Source of the DNA: Gammaproteobacteria bacterium
Lineage (GTDB): Bacteria > Pseudomonadota > Gammaproteobacteria > SG8-11
Length of the DNA stretch: 54,934 bases
Reading direction: 5' to 3'
Assembly: GCA_030610155.1 (NCBI GenBank)
Contig: JAUWSG010000003.1
Coordinates: 1-54,934 of the forward strand
The position numbers and the translations under genes are program-made. This document shows positions 51,991 to 54,934 of this stretch, piece by piece (position 1 is the first letter of the stretch; each line of letters begins with the position of its first letter). Below the pieces are notes generated by a model. The model saw only the letters and a program-made list of their open reading frames with translations, made no database searches and had not been told where the DNA came from.

Positions 51991-52383
51991 CTAATCCTCT
52001 GGCTCAAAAGGGGGTCGGCTATCAGCCATGAGCTTATCCAGGGTCTTCTGCGCCAGCTTCGGTTTGACCAGGTCCTGCGCTTCCAGCATCTCGCACTCAT
52101 CTTTTATCATTTGCTCGATAGTGACAGGGTAATATTTGCAGTCGTCAGGACGGTCGTGATAGATATCGCAAATATACTTATTTTGATTGGGTAGTTTTTT
52201 CAGCCACGGACACAGCTCCAGTTTCTTGCCCGTGTCGGGGCTCATCCAGATATCCCCATTGCTAACATAACGGTATATGTCAGGCCTGAATACCTCCCAA
52301 AATTCTATTTCGCTTGCCGATGCAGATAGGCCGCCGTCACTATATTTCGTGCAACATTTTCCGCACTGGTTACATTCTTTCAC
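51991..52383 (-). CDS. YkgJ family cysteine-cluster protein
   Basis: CNQCGKCC, CPWL, CDIYHDRPDDCKYYP; likely GTG start 52383 (the longer start reads through repeat DNA). Confidence 0.85.
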   Translation of the reverse strand: MKECNQCGKCCTKYSDGGLSASASEIEFWEVFRPDIYRYVSNGDIWMSPDTGKKLELCPWLKKLPNQNKYICDIYHDRPDDCKYYPVTIEQMIKDECEMLEAQDLVKPKLAQKTLDKLMADSRPPFEPED

Positions 52384-52426
52384 GTTATTTTTTTGTCCCG
52401 GGTCATCGGCTAAGGAGTTGAATAAT

Positions 52427-52450
52427 TGGAGTAAGATTGATCTTACTCCA
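52427..52450. repeat. Perfect 11-bp palindrome TGGAGTAAGAT-TG-ATCTTACTCCA (GGGGTC-family variant)
   Basis: Read directly. Confidence 0.75.
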
Positions 52451-52588
52451 TCACTTCTCAAATTGTCAGTGCTGCCTGAATTTCATTTGAAAAGTATCTT
52501 TGGCCAGACGTACCAAAAAAGTGTATTTTAAGGTAAGTATTGTTTATTGACAGATTTAACAACGAATAGAAAAAATCAGGGAAGTCGA

Positions 52589-52834
52589 ATGTCTTACACA
52601 CAAGAAAATCTCGCAGAGCTGCATGTGCTGATGCTTTATAATCTTTCTACTAGCCAGGAAGGTATAAAGATCCATAAAACGGCTGAGTCCACTGCGATAT
52701 CGGCGGCGCAACGCCTGTTTGAACGAGGTTTTATTACCCAGGCTGATGGTGGTTACCTTACTGCGCGTGGCAGCAAAGCGGCTGAGCATGCACAGACTCT
52801 CTTTACTATGCTTAACGCACACAGTGAGGTTTAG
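52589..52834 (+). CDS. TIGR02647/DUF2559 family small protein
   Basis: QEGIKIH, AAQRLFERGFITQADGGYLT, AAEH. Confidence 0.85.
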   Translation: MSYTQENLAELHVLMLYNLSTSQEGIKIHKTAESTAISAAQRLFERGFITQADGGYLTARGSKAAEHAQTLFTMLNAHSEV

Positions 52835-52994
52835 GTTGCTGGGGATTAGAGTTTGGGCCTCAGAAAAAACAATGTGCTTATATAGCGATTTTATACCAGA
52901 GTGGATGCTGTAAGGGTTAATAATTCTTGTTCTTGGTTTGAAAACATCTAACAATCAACTGTTTGTGTGTCTTGCTTAGGCCCGACCCCATTCA

Positions 52995-53648
52995 TCACTC
53001 TTGTTGCGTTTGAGTGAAGCATATTCTTAAAAAAAATATTGTCCAAGTTACTATACCAAATAGTTTAAACCCATCCTCAAGAAGGAATTCAAGACCTCTT
53101 TGAGGTAAGAAAATATCACTTAATATTGATAAACTAAAGAAAATGCAGGCGATTAATAGGATTACATAATTTGCTCGTAATATTTCACTCCTGAACTTTA
53201 TAAAATATATTAAAACTAAAACTAAATATCCTAAATAAGTTACATATTGCGGGATATGCAATAATTTTGGGAGCACATATTCGTGAAACATAAATAAATC
53301 ATCAAATAATAGCGCTGAAGTTAAAAGGCCAGAAAACAATAGAAACCTCCCTGCTGCAATATTTCCTTTTTTAAATTGAAGTGCTGATACAAAAAAACAA
53401 ACCGCCGATGTTGAGCACCAAAATAAAATACCAATATTAGAAATTACACCAGTAAAGGGATGAGCATTGAATATTGCGGCTGGATCACGGGTAAATCTAG
53501 CTATCGGAATATCAAATTGCCTACTAATTATAAAAACAAGAATCAGCAGGCCCAATAATGCTGCATAAACAATCAGCAGGATGGGGGCGGCTATTTTAGC
53601 CTGTTTTAATGAATCATTAATTATTGGCATAGGCAATCTTGTAATCAT
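52995..53648 (-). CDS. Hypothetical multi-TM membrane protein
   Basis: RDP, G.ISNIGILFW, LFDDLFMFHE, LLEDGFKLFG; very AT-rich. Confidence 0.78.
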   Translation of the reverse strand: MITRLPMPIINDSLKQAKIAAPILLIVYAALLGLLILVFIISRQFDIPIARFTRDPAAIFNAHPFTGVISNIGILFWCSTSAVCFFVSALQFKKGNIAAGRFLLFSGLLTSALLFDDLFMFHEYVLPKLLHIPQYVTYLGYLVLVLIYFIKFRSEILRANYVILLIACIFFSLSILSDIFLPQRGLEFLLEDGFKLFGIVTWTIFFLRICFTQTQQE

Positions 53649-53684
53649 ATAATCTATATTTAACCCTTTTAGAGCTTAGTGAGT

Positions 53685-53782
53685 AAAAGGGGGCAAGTCT
53701 ATATATTAATGAATAAGCGTTCATTAATTGGAGTTCGCTTACAATGAAGGTCAAATATTATAAAATAAACTTGACCCCTTTT
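53685..53782. repeat. REPIN-like inverted doublet AAAAGGGGGCAAGTCTAT...ATAAACTTGACCCCTTTT
   Basis: 18-bp arms are reverse complements with 2 mismatches; internal ATTAATGAA..TTCATTAAT hairpin. Confidence 0.75.
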
Positions 53783-53788
53783 CGTGTC

Positions 53789-54460
53789 TTATTTATTTGA
53801 GTTCAAATGGCCAACTTTTACTAAGATCAGTGTTTCCTCTTTAACATATGGAAAATGCTTGCTCAGATGCGGGCTGCGCAACCAGCTGCCAGCAGGGTAT
53901 TCTCCGTGCTCATCGATGAAGGTGCCTTTTATAACGATAATTTCTTCCCCGCCAAAGTGAGTGTGGGGCTGGAAAACTTCGTTTTCAGGCCACCAGACTA
54001 AAGCCGTGCTTTCAGTGTTGTGGGTATGAAGCGAGGTCACTTTTAGATTTCCAATGCCGGGTTGCCACTGTTGCTCCCCGGGCTTTATAACAATGTGTTG
54101 ATTGTCATCATGTTGAAACTGGTCCAGTTTCACAAATAGCGTACATCCTTCTTTGGTGAAAGGGCGATGGCTTGAACCGGGAGGGTTTCGAATGTAGGTG
54201 CCCGCAGGATAATCACCATTTTCATCGGAAAATACGCCATCAAGCACATACAGCTCTTCGCCCCGGGGATGTTGGTGTGGCGGGAAAAATGAGTCTGGTT
54301 CAAATTTTACGAAACTGGTGGTATGTCCGGATTCTGTATCTTCACGTTCCAGGTGGATGCGAGACACACCGTCAGCCGGGCTTTTTACCCATTGTTGTTC
54401 ATTCGGAAGAAGACAGGCAGTCTTCGAAAAATCCATGTTTAACAGTATATTTTTAGTCAT
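53789..54460 (-). CDS. ChrR-like bicupin (cupin_7) protein
   Basis: FPPHQHPRGEE..VLDGVFSDENGDYPAGTYIRNP, repeated as PHTHFGGEE...YPAGSWLRSP. Confidence 0.9.
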   Translation of the reverse strand: MTKNILLNMDFSKTACLLPNEQQWVKSPADGVSRIHLEREDTESGHTTSFVKFEPDSFFPPHQHPRGEELYVLDGVFSDENGDYPAGTYIRNPPGSSHRPFTKEGCTLFVKLDQFQHDDNQHIVIKPGEQQWQPGIGNLKVTSLHTHNTESTALVWWPENEVFQPHTHFGGEEIIVIKGTFIDEHGEYPAGSWLRSPHLSKHFPYVKEETLILVKVGHLNSNK

Positions 54461-54516
54461 AAAATATAAACGCTAATTGGAGCAGGTTCACATATTTGAT
54501 TACACACGGTGAAACA

Positions 54517-54918
54517 TTACTTGAATGTATACGACTCAGACCTTTCAGTATCATTACCGCGAATGGTGATCGAATAGGTGTTTCCAGTCGGGTCAGCAGA
54601 CAATCTGCGCCTGTACATCGTCTTACCATCTGGTCCGGTCTTGAGCTTGAATGCATTTCCAGGCCACCAGAATTTCATCTTCAGCTCCGCGTTGGGCATG
54701 ATTTGACCGGCACACTTGACTTCAACTATTACTCTCATATTCCATTGGCTTCCCGAGCTCGACGTCTTGCTGGATGTAACTGACATTGTTATATCATCCG
54801 CTGGGCAATTAGTAGCCTCAAGGATAATTTCCGGTTGGCTTGAGCCACTACAAGCAACAAGAAGGAGTGATAGATACAAGATGGGTGTATTGAATAAAAG
54901 TTTAATTTTTGTCTTCAA
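54517..54918 (-). CDS. Hypothetical lipoprotein
   Basis: Lipobox LVAC, two further Cys, beta-rich; TTG start near the window edge. Confidence 0.65.
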   Translation of the reverse strand: MKTKIKLLFNTPILYLSLLLVACSGSSQPEIILEATNCPADDITMSVTSSKTSSSGSQWNMRVIVEVKCAGQIMPNAELKMKFWWPGNAFKLKTGPDGKTMYRRRLSADPTGNTYSITIRGNDTERSESYTFK

Positions 54919-54934
54919 TTTTGATGTTTCTCTC

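Noticed and set aside
52008-52020. GGGGGTCGG near the YkgJ 3' end, and GGGGTCAAT at about 46852
   Set aside because: Inside coding sequence (SRPP, IDPY); explained by codons and not counted as repeats
52945-52982. attC-like ATCTAAC...CTTAGGC, suggesting a classical integron
   Set aside because: Too short, no GTTRRRY, no paired L boxes, no comparable sites at other junctions and no intI in the window

Overview
Origin-proximal chromosomal window of an aerobic/microaerophilic gammaproteobacterium. 1-14.4 kb is the conserved core block mnmG(3' end)-rsmG-parA-parB-atpZ/I-atpIBEFHAGDC-glmU-glmS, with an apparently empty attTn7. 15-24.6 kb carries a minus-strand cbb3 oxidase cluster ccoNOQP-(unlisted 37-aa membrane ORF)-ccoGHIS plus a DsbD_2/TauE-like gene. 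25-39 kb holds envelope and miscellaneous genes: two MgtC-family proteins, an HPF-cold-shock fusion, a PilZ protein, three beta-barrels, lipoproteins, a TRIC channel and a six-heme cytochrome c4-type lipoprotein. 39-41.9 kb is a TetR-controlled operon (ferritin-like diiron enzyme, non-canonical ArsM-like methyltransferase, HMA-fold protein) with two NemR-box-like operators. 41.9-54.9 kb is a run of short, unrelated accessory genes, many of whose junctions carry degenerate copies of a GGGGTC...GACCCC palindromic repeat, some as inverted pairs; this resembles a repeat-punctuated cassette array, but no integrase or transposase lies in the window. Other repeat features include a palindrome with a precise nested insertion upstream of glmU and an in-frame repeat-like insert in rsmG. 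No rRNA, tRNA, CRISPR array or IS was recognised. Family assignments come from motif recognition, not database searches.
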